From Phormidesmis sp. (GTDB taxonomy: Bacteria; Cyanobacteriota; Cyanobacteriia; Leptolyngbyales; Leptolyngbyaceae): a DNA stretch of 64,000 bases. The position numbers and the translations under genes are program-made. Under the pieces are notes generated by a model. It saw only the letters and a program-made list of their open reading frames with translations. It made no database searches and was not told where the DNA came from. This document shows, piece by piece, positions 21,769 to 29,909 of the stretch (position 1 is its first letter; each line of letters starts with the position of its first letter). Location: contig CBDFJR010000002.1 of NCBI GenBank assembly GCA_965248535.1, forward strand, positions 192,001 to 256,000, read 5' to 3'.

Positions 21769-21955
21769 GGTGTAGCTTATCCGAAGAACGAGGGGTTTCA
21801 GCTAGCTTAATCCATCTTGTGGGCGATCGGGGCAAAAAACCACCCCAAGAGAATCGAAAATTTAAGGATTAAAAGTTCCCTATTGGGCGAGATCAGCGCT
21901 AATCTTATTTACCTGAAATCCTTTGTTCTTCACCGCCCAAGGCTAGCTTGTTCCT

Positions 21956-23830
21956 ATGGATCGTTTTAAAGTCGAAGTCATTTCTCAAACGCCTAACCCT
22001 CAGCAAACTATCTTTGCAGCCATGCACCAAGATTATGCAGAAGGGTTTGTGTGGGATGAGCGCGATCGCTTTCCCGACGAAGCCAAATGTGGCGAAGTGA
22101 TCATCAAGCAACTGTTGGCAGGCAATCGAGGACATTATGGGCCCTTAGAGCATCCGCAAATCGTGATGAACTGCGGCTGGTTTCCCCACAGCACAATGCA
22201 GCAAATTCGGACTCATCGGGTGGGAATTTCATTTGATGTCCAGTGTTTAGCCGGAGACACAGACGTGACTTTCGTCCATGCTTCGGGTCGGTTGCAAAAA
22301 GTCAAAATGGCAACGCTCTGTGATTTGTGGACAAATGGCGAACGGGCGATTCGCGATCGCAAGATCCAAGGACGCAACGGCGAACCTCCTGGCAGCTATC
22401 GCAGAGACTGCAAAACCCGACTCAAGAAGATGAATCTTAGAGTGCTGAATGAAGAAACTGGAATTTTTGAGTTAGGCCACATTCAGAACGTTTTTGACCA
22501 AGGCATCCAACCTGTTTATCGAGTCACTCTAGAAGATGGTCGATCGCTTGACTGCACTGAGAAGCATCGTTTATTGACAAGCCAGGGCTGGCAGACAATG
22601 GGCGAGGCGTTGGGTTTGATTGTAGACAGCGATCGTCAAGTGTTGTCCCATCGTCACGACTGTTCCCTAATGGCAAATGGCGTAATAGTCGGCGAAGGAC
22701 TGTACCGAGAAAAATCTTGGCTGCAAGCGCAACTGGAACAGGGACTTACTGCACGAGAAATGGCCCGAAACGCAGAGTGTTCAATCGAAGCGGTGAAAAA
22801 ATGGGTGTATATTCACCATCTGAAGCTAAACAAGGCAAAACCAGGAACTGTGAATCCTTGGAATCGAGGATTAAAGCAAGCCTATCGTCTAAACCTCACA
22901 CCTGAACAGCGCCAACAGCGACGAGACCGTTCAAAATGCTTCACTCGACGCGGGGCAGAGAGCAACTTTTGGAAAGGAGGAGTCACGCTAGAGCGAGTTG
23001 CGATCGGAGCTTGGACTCGAACCATTGCACCTCAAGTCCACGAAAAGTTTGATCATACCTGTCAGCGCTGTGGGCACCGGGGCGGAAAACTTCACGCCCA
23101 TCACTTGCTTCCAGTCTACGCGCACCCTGAGAAGGGATATGACTTCGAGAATCTCATAACGCTTTGCCAGGAGTGTCACCAACAGATTCATCATCAGGGG
23201 ATTGAATTAGAATTTGCTCAGAAGTTTGTCCCGATTCAGACACTCCCCAAAAAGCCAAAGCCAGTAGGAAGAAAACTCAAAGCCCATCCATTAAATGTGG
23301 CTCAAGTTAAATATCTGGGGTTACAGCAAACTTATGACCTAGAAGTGGCTGGACGGTGGCATAACTTTGTCGCCAATGGCGTTGTGGTTCACAACTCCTT
23401 TAGGTACACAGGTCAGAGGCTCGTGGATGTGATTGAGCAAAAACGCGAGGTCGAAGAAGTCTTTTATCTGCGTCCGTTGGGGTTTTATAGCGATCGCCAG
23501 GGCAAAAAATATGAATACACCCTAGAACAGCGTCAGCAAGACGTTGAATGGTGCATCACTGCCTGTCAGCGCTATAAAGACCGCATCGATCAAGGGTTTT
23601 CAGAAGAACACGCCAGAGGGTTGATTCCGTTTGATGTGCGGCAGCATTGGGTGATGTCAGCTAACGTGCGATCGCTGATGCACCTAATCGATCTGCGCTG
23701 GAAAGCAGATGCTCAGTTAGAAGCCCAAAAGCTGTGTGAATGTATCTGGGAACCGTTTCAAAACTGGGTGCCGCAAATCGCTGACTGGTATGAAGCTAAT
23801 CGTCTTAAAAAAGCGCGGCTTGCCCCTTGA
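21956..23830 (+). CDS. thyX: Flavin-dependent thymidylate synthase ThyX, intein-containing precursor
   Basis: GHYGPLEH, RTHRVGISFDVQ|SFRY ThyX motif split by an insert, EHARGLIP, LRWKADAQLE. Confidence 0.93.
   Translation: MDRFKVEVISQTPNPQQTIFAAMHQDYAEGFVWDERDRFPDEAKCGEVIIKQLLAGNRGHYGPLEHPQIVMNCGWFPHSTMQQIRTHRVGISFDVQCLAGDTDVTFVHASGRLQKVKMATLCDLWTNGERAIRDRKIQGRNGEPPGSYRRDCKTRLKKMNLRVLNEETGIFELGHIQNVFDQGIQPVYRVTLEDGRSLDCTEKHRLLTSQGWQTMGEALGLIVDSDRQVLSHRHDCSLMANGVIVGEGLYREKSWLQAQLEQGLTAREMARNAECSIEAVKKWVYIHHLKLNKAKPGTVNPWNRGLKQAYRLNLTPEQRQQRRDRSKCFTRRGAESNFWKGGVTLERVAIGAWTRTIAPQVHEKFDHTCQRCGHRGGKLHAHHLLPVYAHPEKGYDFENLITLCQECHQQIHHQGIELEFAQKFVPIQTLPKKPKPVGRKLKAHPLNVAQVKYLGLQQTYDLEVAGRWHNFVANGVVVHNSFRYTGQRLVDVIEQKREVEEVFYLRPLGFYSDRQGKKYEYTLEQRQQDVEWCITACQRYKDRIDQGFSEEHARGLIPFDVRQHWVMSANVRSLMHLIDLRWKADAQLEAQKLCECIWEPFQNWVPQIADWYEANRLKKARLAP
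22244..23395 (+). mobile_element. Intein (384 aa) with an internal HTH-like segment and HNH homing endonuclease
   Basis: Block A CLAGDT, block B CTEKHRLLT, blocks F/G TYDLEV...HNFVANGVVVHN|S; HNH region CQRC...HAHH...NLITLCQECH. Confidence 0.93.
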
Positions 23831-24042
23831 TCTCATCGCTAAAGCTTCACACAGTGGACAATTTCTTGGTGTGATCTTCACATCCCTACGGAACCTGTCG
23901 CATTTTTGACAGGTCTTGCCAATAAAGGACGACCCCGTTCTACTAATCCACAGAGGTTTCTGAGATTGGTAGAAGGTGGCTTTTCTGTGTCTACTCACGT
24001 CTGATGAGAACCCACTACGCTCAACATTCACCGACAAGCCCT

Positions 24043-25518
24043 ATGAAGAACTCTGTACTTAGTCTCGATTCGCACGATAAGACTCTAAAGACTCGTCATC
24101 CTCGTCCGTCGATTTTGAAGAAAGCTGCGATCGCACTCATAGCATCCACCCTGCTCTTGAGCAGCTATGAACCTCAGCCCACAATGGCGGCTCCTTTGCT
24201 AGTCAGCCAGCAACAGGGCTGGAAGGCCGTTCTCAAAGTTGCGCGACTGGTGCAGACTCGGCAAGATTCAGCCCTTGTGGTGCAACTGGGCATTCTCGAC
24301 AAACCCCAAACCAGCTATGCCAATGCGGTTTATCAAGTGTTTGCGCGTCGAAACGACCAATGGGTGCAGATATTCACCAGCACAGGGGCACGTCTGATCA
24401 CCAACGCTTCGGGGCAGACCACCCTCGCACCCGAAGTGATCTCTTTTAATGACTTGAGGCAGCAACTCGGCGACAGCGTGGATCTGAATAAACTAGACCT
24501 GCGCGTCACGGCTCAACTACGCTACGACATTCGCGGCAGTGCCCGCGATCGCTCCGTTTTCTTTGAGCAAACTCAGTCTTATCAAGCGATCGCCCAAACC
24601 ACCAGCACTCAGCTAATCAGCAGTTCCTCGATGCAACCCACGATCGCGGCCAATCAAGGCAGCTTTAGTTTGTCCGTCGCTCAAAAAAAAGCCACTCTTT
24701 CTAAAGTGATTGCGCGAGTTTCAGTCCGCAATCGAAGCTCACAAGGCTTCTCAGACGAGCGATTTGTGGGCGATTTTCGCTATAAGATCAACAAAAAAGC
24801 TAGGTTCCTTAAGGGTCTGAGTGCAGGTGATCGGGTGATCGTGCGGCTGTTCGACCAAGAGAATCAATTTATCGGCTACAGCGAGTTTGAACTGCTGTCA
24901 GAAAATGCGGCGGTGACGCTCGTTTTGCCCGATCGTCCCAGTGCCACTCGCATCGTTCGCACTGTTTATGGAGTCGATGCAAACCAGGATAGCGAAATCG
25001 ATTCTAACGTTCAGGTTTATGACTACTTCACCCAGGTTTCTCAAGTCACGAGCCAGACTTATCGCAATGCACAGGTGACCTTCTTCAGCAGCGTTCAAAA
25101 TCTGAATTTGAATGGGTTCACGCTGTCAGAATTGCCAACTCCCCGATCGAAGTGTAGCTACCCGACTTCTTTTGAAAGTGGAACGTTTTTGCGGGTGGAT
25201 CGGTCGATCGACGTGTTCCGGTCTGGTCTAAGTTCAGTGTTCATAACCGTTCCGGGGCAGACCGTGCAAACTATTGATGTCAGCAGCACTAACGTCTCGA
25301 CCTATGAAGTGAGTCAGCTCTTGACGACCTATCAGACGGTCAGCGCGACTCAGGCGATCGGGTCAGATGATCACGACGACCAAGACGAGAAAAAAGGCAG
25401 AAAGCGCCACTGCAATCAAGGAATCGGCAACGGCTCAGAAGGCTGCGATCCAGGAAACTCTCACCCTCACGGCGGCAGCAACGACGAAGAGGGACACAAA
25501 CCTGGCAAACATCACTAG
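24043..25518 (+). CDS. Secreted Ser/Thr/Gln-rich beta-rich hypothetical protein
   Basis: Long ORF with a signal-like hydrophobic segment; C-terminal CNQGIGNGSEGCDPGNS motif. Confidence 0.8.
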   Translation: MKNSVLSLDSHDKTLKTRHPRPSILKKAAIALIASTLLLSSYEPQPTMAAPLLVSQQQGWKAVLKVARLVQTRQDSALVVQLGILDKPQTSYANAVYQVFARRNDQWVQIFTSTGARLITNASGQTTLAPEVISFNDLRQQLGDSVDLNKLDLRVTAQLRYDIRGSARDRSVFFEQTQSYQAIAQTTSTQLISSSSMQPTIAANQGSFSLSVAQKKATLSKVIARVSVRNRSSQGFSDERFVGDFRYKINKKARFLKGLSAGDRVIVRLFDQENQFIGYSEFELLSENAAVTLVLPDRPSATRIVRTVYGVDANQDSEIDSNVQVYDYFTQVSQVTSQTYRNAQVTFFSSVQNLNLNGFTLSELPTPRSKCSYPTSFESGTFLRVDRSIDVFRSGLSSVFITVPGQTVQTIDVSSTNVSTYEVSQLLTTYQTVSATQAIGSDDHDDQDEKKGRKRHCNQGIGNGSEGCDPGNSHPHGGSNDEEGHKPGKHH

Positions 25519-25550
25519 TTAAACAAGCTGCGTTTAAAAATCTCCCTGAT

Positions 25551-25590
25551 AAAACTCTACGGCAGCCGACTGTGTAGAGTTTTTCTTTTT
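25551..25590 (+). terminator. Intrinsic terminator
   Basis: AAAACTCTAC...GTAGAGTTTT followed by a T-rich tail. Confidence 0.75.
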
Positions 25591-25729
25591 CTCAAAACAT
25601 TCTTTGCCATGAGCCAAGTCAGCCATACTTTTGTAGAGAGCCATCGATCTCTAACCTGTGAAAAGACTCAGATTTGTGGGAGGCTATAACCCATGATTTG
25701 CTTTGGACGAATAGAAGGAAGCCCAAACG

Positions 25730-26362
25730 ATGAACATCGTAGAACTATTTCAAAAAGGCGGCGTAACGATGATTCCGTTATTGCTGCTCTCGATCTTGGC
25801 GTTGAGTGCAATTATTGAGCGATCGTGGTTTTGGTTTAACGTTCTTAATAAAGAAAAAGAGACCGTCACCCGGATTCTTGACACCTCTCGCAAAGATTGG
25901 GAGATGGCAGGCGAGATTGCTCGGCAAGCCTATGATCAGCCGATCAGCAGATTTCTCTACGCCGCTCTACGCCTTTCAAAGCCCGACCCTGAGTCGTTTC
26001 GTTTGGCGCTAGAGTCATCGGCTGATGAAGAAATTGTGTCTATGCGCCGAGGTGACAAAATCTTAGAAGCCGTGATTGCGCTGGCTCCTTTATTGGGCCT
26101 ACTGGGAACGGTGATTGGGTTAATCACATCACTACGATCGATTCGCATTGGCGATATCGGCACTGCCTCGACTTCAGGCGTGACAACGGGCATTGGTGAA
26201 GCGCTCATTAGCACGGCAACGGGTCTAATCGTCGCTGTTTTTAGCGTCGCCTTCTACCGCATTTTTCAAGCCCTAGTTTTCAATCAAGCCAAACTCTTTC
26301 GCAGAGCAGGCAACGAGCTAGAACTGCTCTATAGACAAAACTGGCAAGACAGCAACCGCTAG
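25730..26362 (+). CDS. exbB: MotA/TolQ/ExbB proton-channel protein
   Basis: [27 protein letters not shown]. Confidence 0.9.
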   Translation: MNIVELFQKGGVTMIPLLLLSILALSAIIERSWFWFNVLNKEKETVTRILDTSRKDWEMAGEIARQAYDQPISRFLYAALRLSKPDPESFRLALESSADEEIVSMRRGDKILEAVIALAPLLGLLGTVIGLITSLRSIRIGDIGTASTSGVTTGIGEALISTATGLIVAVFSVAFYRIFQALVFNQAKLFRRAGNELELLYRQNWQDSNR

Positions 26363-26431
26363 AATATTTTGGCGGTTGCCATCCCAGATAAGCGCTCTGA
26401 CTAGCTTCACCCTTCACCCTTTACGCTGCTC

Positions 26432-27031
26432 ATGAAGATTAACCTCGACTCTCCCCAAGATGAGGCCCAGATTCAAATTATTCCTTTGATCGATGTGATC
26501 TTCTGCATTCTGACCTTCTTCATATTGGCAGCTTTGCAGTTAACCCGTCGAGAAGGCATTAATTTAGATTTGCCTAAAGCCAGCACAGGCACCCCTCAAA
26601 CTCAGGAAATGTTGGTGGTCAATGTTGACTCTACCGGGCTGACTTCTATTAAGAATCAACCCGTCGATCGGGTTCAGCTTTATCAAATTCTGCAAACCTA
26701 TCACCAGCAAAACCCCCAAGGGCTGCTTGTCTTGAGTGCCTCTCAAACCTCTTTCTATAATGATGTCATTCAGGTGCTAGATGTCTTACGGGCGGTGGGC
26801 GGCGATCGGGTTGCCCTTGAGACCAGTCCTCAAGCCAGCCCCTTGCCTAACCAGAATCCAGCGCTTCCTGGTCAGGCTCCTCTCACCCCAGGGTTAACGA
26901 CTCCTGCCCCGACGACGATCGATCCCCTTAGTCCCCAACCCTCTCTCAATCCGGTTTCGCCCGTCAACCCCACTCCCGTTTCTCCTCAACCGTCTGCCCC
27001 AGTCCCAAATTCCACAATTCCGCCTCAATAG
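26432..27031 (+). CDS. exbD: ExbD/TolR protein with a Pro-rich C-terminal tail
   Basis: IIPLIDVIFCILTFF, LDLPKA. Confidence 0.9.
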   Translation: MKINLDSPQDEAQIQIIPLIDVIFCILTFFILAALQLTRREGINLDLPKASTGTPQTQEMLVVNVDSTGLTSIKNQPVDRVQLYQILQTYHQQNPQGLLVLSASQTSFYNDVIQVLDVLRAVGGDRVALETSPQASPLPNQNPALPGQAPLTPGLTTPAPTTIDPLSPQPSLNPVSPVNPTPVSPQPSAPVPNSTIPPQ

Positions 27032-27037
27032 CGCCAC

Positions 27038-27065
27038 AAAAAAAGGGTGAGTTAGTCTCACCCTT
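27038..27065 (-). terminator. Intrinsic terminator of speY
   Basis: AAGGGTGAG-ttagt-CTCACCCTT with an A run on + (U tract on -). Confidence 0.75.
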
Positions 27066-27088
27066 CAGAAAAGATTTGCAGCTTATGC

Positions 27089-28285
27089 TTAATGGCGACT
27101 GTTGCGGATAGGAGTCCCGCAGGGATAGGTAGCCACTGGCTGCTTGGCTGCCCCGACTGATATCGGCTCCGATCCCAGATGAGAAGGCTGCTGTTTAGCG
27201 GCTTCATAATCGGCTTTTAGCTTTGCCAGCAGTTGATCACGGCGATCGTATAACCGCTTTAGAGGGCGAGGCTCACACTGGTTGATCACATAAGCCGTCA
27301 AAATGGGCAGCGCGATCGTGCTGTCGGTGTAGCAAACGACCGTGTTGGGCAACTCTTCGGGATCAACCTTGCCCCAGCTAACGGCTTCGTTGGGGGTTGC
27401 TCCCGACAAACCGCCCGTATCAGGACGAGCATCCGTGACCTGAATGAAGTAATCGTGCCCTCGCTCTTCTAACCCCAGAACTTCGTGCAGTTGTGGTTGA
27501 GTTTGCAGCAAAAAGTTTTTAGGACTGCCGCCGCCAATGATCAGCGCAGCGCTCTTGCCTTCTACACCGGGGAGTTCAGACTCGCGGGCAGAATACACGA
27601 TCGCGGCAGTTTCATTCACATCTAGCATCGGGTCAATGACCAGCTTAGAGCCTTCTAGCGCCATCGCTGCCACATTCATGCCGATCGAGCTATCTCCCGG
27701 CGAAGACGTGTAGATAGGAACGCCACACTCATAAGCAGTTGACAGAAGAGAAGGGTGCTTTACGCCCAGTTGCCGCTCGACTTCAGACACATAGCGACCT
27801 AAGAGATAGTGAAACTCAGCCGTACCCATGCGCTTTTGAAACGGCTCTGCTTTCAAAATTTGCCGAATGAAGGCATCCGTTCCCAGCAGCACATCATAGT
27901 CAAAAATGATGTCATAAATGCGAATGCGACCCTCTTGCCGCAGTTTCACGTCATCCAAAAACGGGCTGCTGGCGTAGAGATCTAGCCCTAGCCCATAGTG
28001 CATATCGTGGTAAAGGTTAGCGCCCGTGCTGATGATCCAATCAACGAACCCGTTTCGCATCAAGGGGGCGAGCACAGAAACTCCTAACCCTGCTGGGGTC
28101 ATGGCACCTGACAGGCTGAGTCCGACGGTGACACCCTCTTTCATCACCTCACGACTGAGAAGGTGACAGATCTCCCGCAGCCGAGCAGAGTTATAGGCTG
28201 TAAAGTAACCGTCAATCAGATCAACAACGCTGATCTCGGCGGGCATGGGGGAGGGTGTGATCTTTTGACTGAGAAGTTTGGACAT
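27089..28285 (-). CDS. speY: Deoxyhypusine-synthase-like homospermidine synthase
   Basis: DHS-family motifs [39 protein letters not shown]. Confidence 0.88.
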   Translation of the reverse strand: MSKLLSQKITPSPMPAEISVVDLIDGYFTAYNSARLREICHLLSREVMKEGVTVGLSLSGAMTPAGLGVSVLAPLMRNGFVDWIISTGANLYHDMHYGLGLDLYASSPFLDDVKLRQEGRIRIYDIIFDYDVLLGTDAFIRQILKAEPFQKRMGTAEFHYLLGRYVSEVERQLGVKHPSLLSTAYECGVPIYTSSPGDSSIGMNVAAMALEGSKLVIDPMLDVNETAAIVYSARESELPGVEGKSAALIIGGGSPKNFLLQTQPQLHEVLGLEERGHDYFIQVTDARPDTGGLSGATPNEAVSWGKVDPEELPNTVVCYTDSTIALPILTAYVINQCEPRPLKRLYDRRDQLLAKLKADYEAAKQQPSHLGSEPISVGAAKQPVATYPCGTPIRNSRH

Positions 28286-28538
28286 TCTTTTACTCCAAGA
28301 GAGTTGAGAGGCATAAAGTGAGGGCTAAACAGTGAGGAACAACCCGACACCGGACTGAAATTTTTAGGAAGTCGCCAAAATGCTTTCAAAAATGAAACTG
28401 CACACTTAGAGCGATTCTGAGCAGTAGCCAAGCGAAATCCGCAGAAATTGAAAGATTCGCAAAACCGATTCCAAGCTCATGCTGTGCCACTTGATTATGA
28501 GCAGCAGAGCGCTTTAGCCATTAACTTAAATAATTCCC

Positions 28539-28577
28539 CTAAAAGAGAACCTGACCGATCCAGTTCGGGTCAGGGTT
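28539..28577 (-). terminator. Intrinsic-terminator-like hairpin inside the speY leader (attenuator candidate)
   Basis: Minus strand AACCcTGACCcGA-actgga-TCGGTCAGGTT followed by CTCTTTT, about 255 nt upstream of the speY ATG. Confidence 0.65.
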
Positions 28578-28641
28578 GAGAGCAGCCATGCTTTTGGATG
28601 CTAGAGTCAACCAAAGACGCGAACCTTGAGTTACAGATCGG

Positions 28642-28773
28642 TCAGTTCATACTGGGCGCTTCGCAGCGATCGACCCACGACAGTGCAGGGTCAGATTGCC
28701 GCTTCCGCTTCAACTTCATTTCGAGATACCACAAAGGTCGCCAAGGGTATCCAGTCAAAGAGAAAGATTTCAA
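28642..28773 (-). CDS. Putative leader peptide (uORF) upstream of speY, 43 aa from TTG or 25 aa from ATG 28719
   Basis: Manual translation MKSFSLTGYPWRPLWYLEMKLKRKRQSDPALSWVDRCEAPSMN*; too short for the ORF track. Confidence 0.55.
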   Translation of the reverse strand: MKSFSLTGYPWRPLWYLEMKLKRKRQSDPALSWVDRCEAPSMN

Positions 28774-28809
28774 TGTTCTTTACGCAACCCTTTAGACACA
28801 GACGCTCCA

Positions 28810-28818
28810 ATCCTATCA
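28810..28818 (-). promoter_or_regulatory. Candidate extended -10 element (TGn-TAGGAT) for the speY leader transcript
   Basis: Minus strand TGATAGGAT about 37 nt upstream of the uORF TTG. Confidence 0.4.
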
Positions 28819-28948
28819 TCTATTTTTGAAGATGATGATCATCCAAATGACTGAGACCCGTCAATCACCTATAAAGTGAGGTCTCTCTGTTGGTAGGCTA
28901 AGAGCAGTCAGCGTGCGACGTTTATTCTCCATATTCTTTTGGTATGTC

Positions 28949-29617
28949 ATGACTCTTGACTCTCAACTTCCCGTTAACTCAGATTTGCCCCCTGCTGATC
29001 TCACAGGCGCACTGTCACCAGAAGCAGATCAGCATCGCAGAAAGATGCAACGACGCAAAGAGGTGCAAGATCAGCGTCTGGCAAACATGACTGCCGAAAA
29101 GGGGCTGATCATCGTTCACACAGGAAATGGCAAAGGCAAAACCACGGCGGCTCTAGGAATGGTGCTGCGATCGCTGGGTCACGGCTATAGAGTTGCGATC
29201 GTTCAGTTCATCAAGGGCGCATGGGAGCCTGCTGAGAAAGCAGCATTTGAGCACTGGGGCGACCAGCTTGAGTTTCACGCCCTAGGAGAAGGCTTTACCT
29301 GGGAGACTCAAGATCGCGATCGCGACATTCTCAAAGCGACTCAGGCATGGGAGACGGCGCTGACATTTATCAAAAACCCCGACTTTAAGCTGGTGCTGCT
29401 AGACGAGATCAACATTGCCCTGAAGCTGGGTTATCTGTCTATCGACACCGTAATGGCTGGATTATCAGAAAAGACAGAAGACTCCCACATCATATTGACG
29501 GGTCGAGGAGCGCTTCCAGCCTTAATCGAGCAAGCAGATCTAGTCACAGAAATGACATTGGTCAAACATCCGTTTAGAGAACAGGGTGTCAAGGCACAGC
29601 CGGGAATCGAGTTTTAG
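28949..29617 (+). CDS. cobO: Cob(I)yrinic acid a,c-diamide adenosyltransferase
   Basis: VHTGNGKGKTTAALG, QFIKG, LLDEIN, TGRGA, GIEF end. Confidence 0.95.
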   Translation: MTLDSQLPVNSDLPPADLTGALSPEADQHRRKMQRRKEVQDQRLANMTAEKGLIIVHTGNGKGKTTAALGMVLRSLGHGYRVAIVQFIKGAWEPAEKAAFEHWGDQLEFHALGEGFTWETQDRDRDILKATQAWETALTFIKNPDFKLVLLDEINIALKLGYLSIDTVMAGLSEKTEDSHIILTGRGALPALIEQADLVTEMTLVKHPFREQGVKAQPGIEF

Positions 29618-29909
29618 CGCGACCTCAAACCAGTGCTTTGGTCAGGGACGATCGGTCCATTGGGCGATGGGGAAGATAACTGGCATGAGTTTGCTAGGAA
29701 ACCGTGGACTCAGTAATAACTCTGACGTAATTATGATTTATTCTGTATAAATTTAGACTCAAAGCCCAGCGAATCCTACAGGTTTTTTCAATTGCTCTCA
29801 CCCTGTCAACTCCCAAATGCTGCTCTGACTTAATTTCTACTCTGAATTTGGGAATGCTAAAGAATCTCTTTCGGTCGAACTTGTCATTAGCTTATTAGAG
29901 AACTCAGCC

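Noticed and set aside
28598..28829. Plus-strand ORFs of 65 and 67 aa upstream of cobO, and a possible cobalamin riboswitch
   Set aside because: No B12-box-like motif was seen. The ORFs are antisense to the better-supported speY leader, whose terminator polarity is minus.
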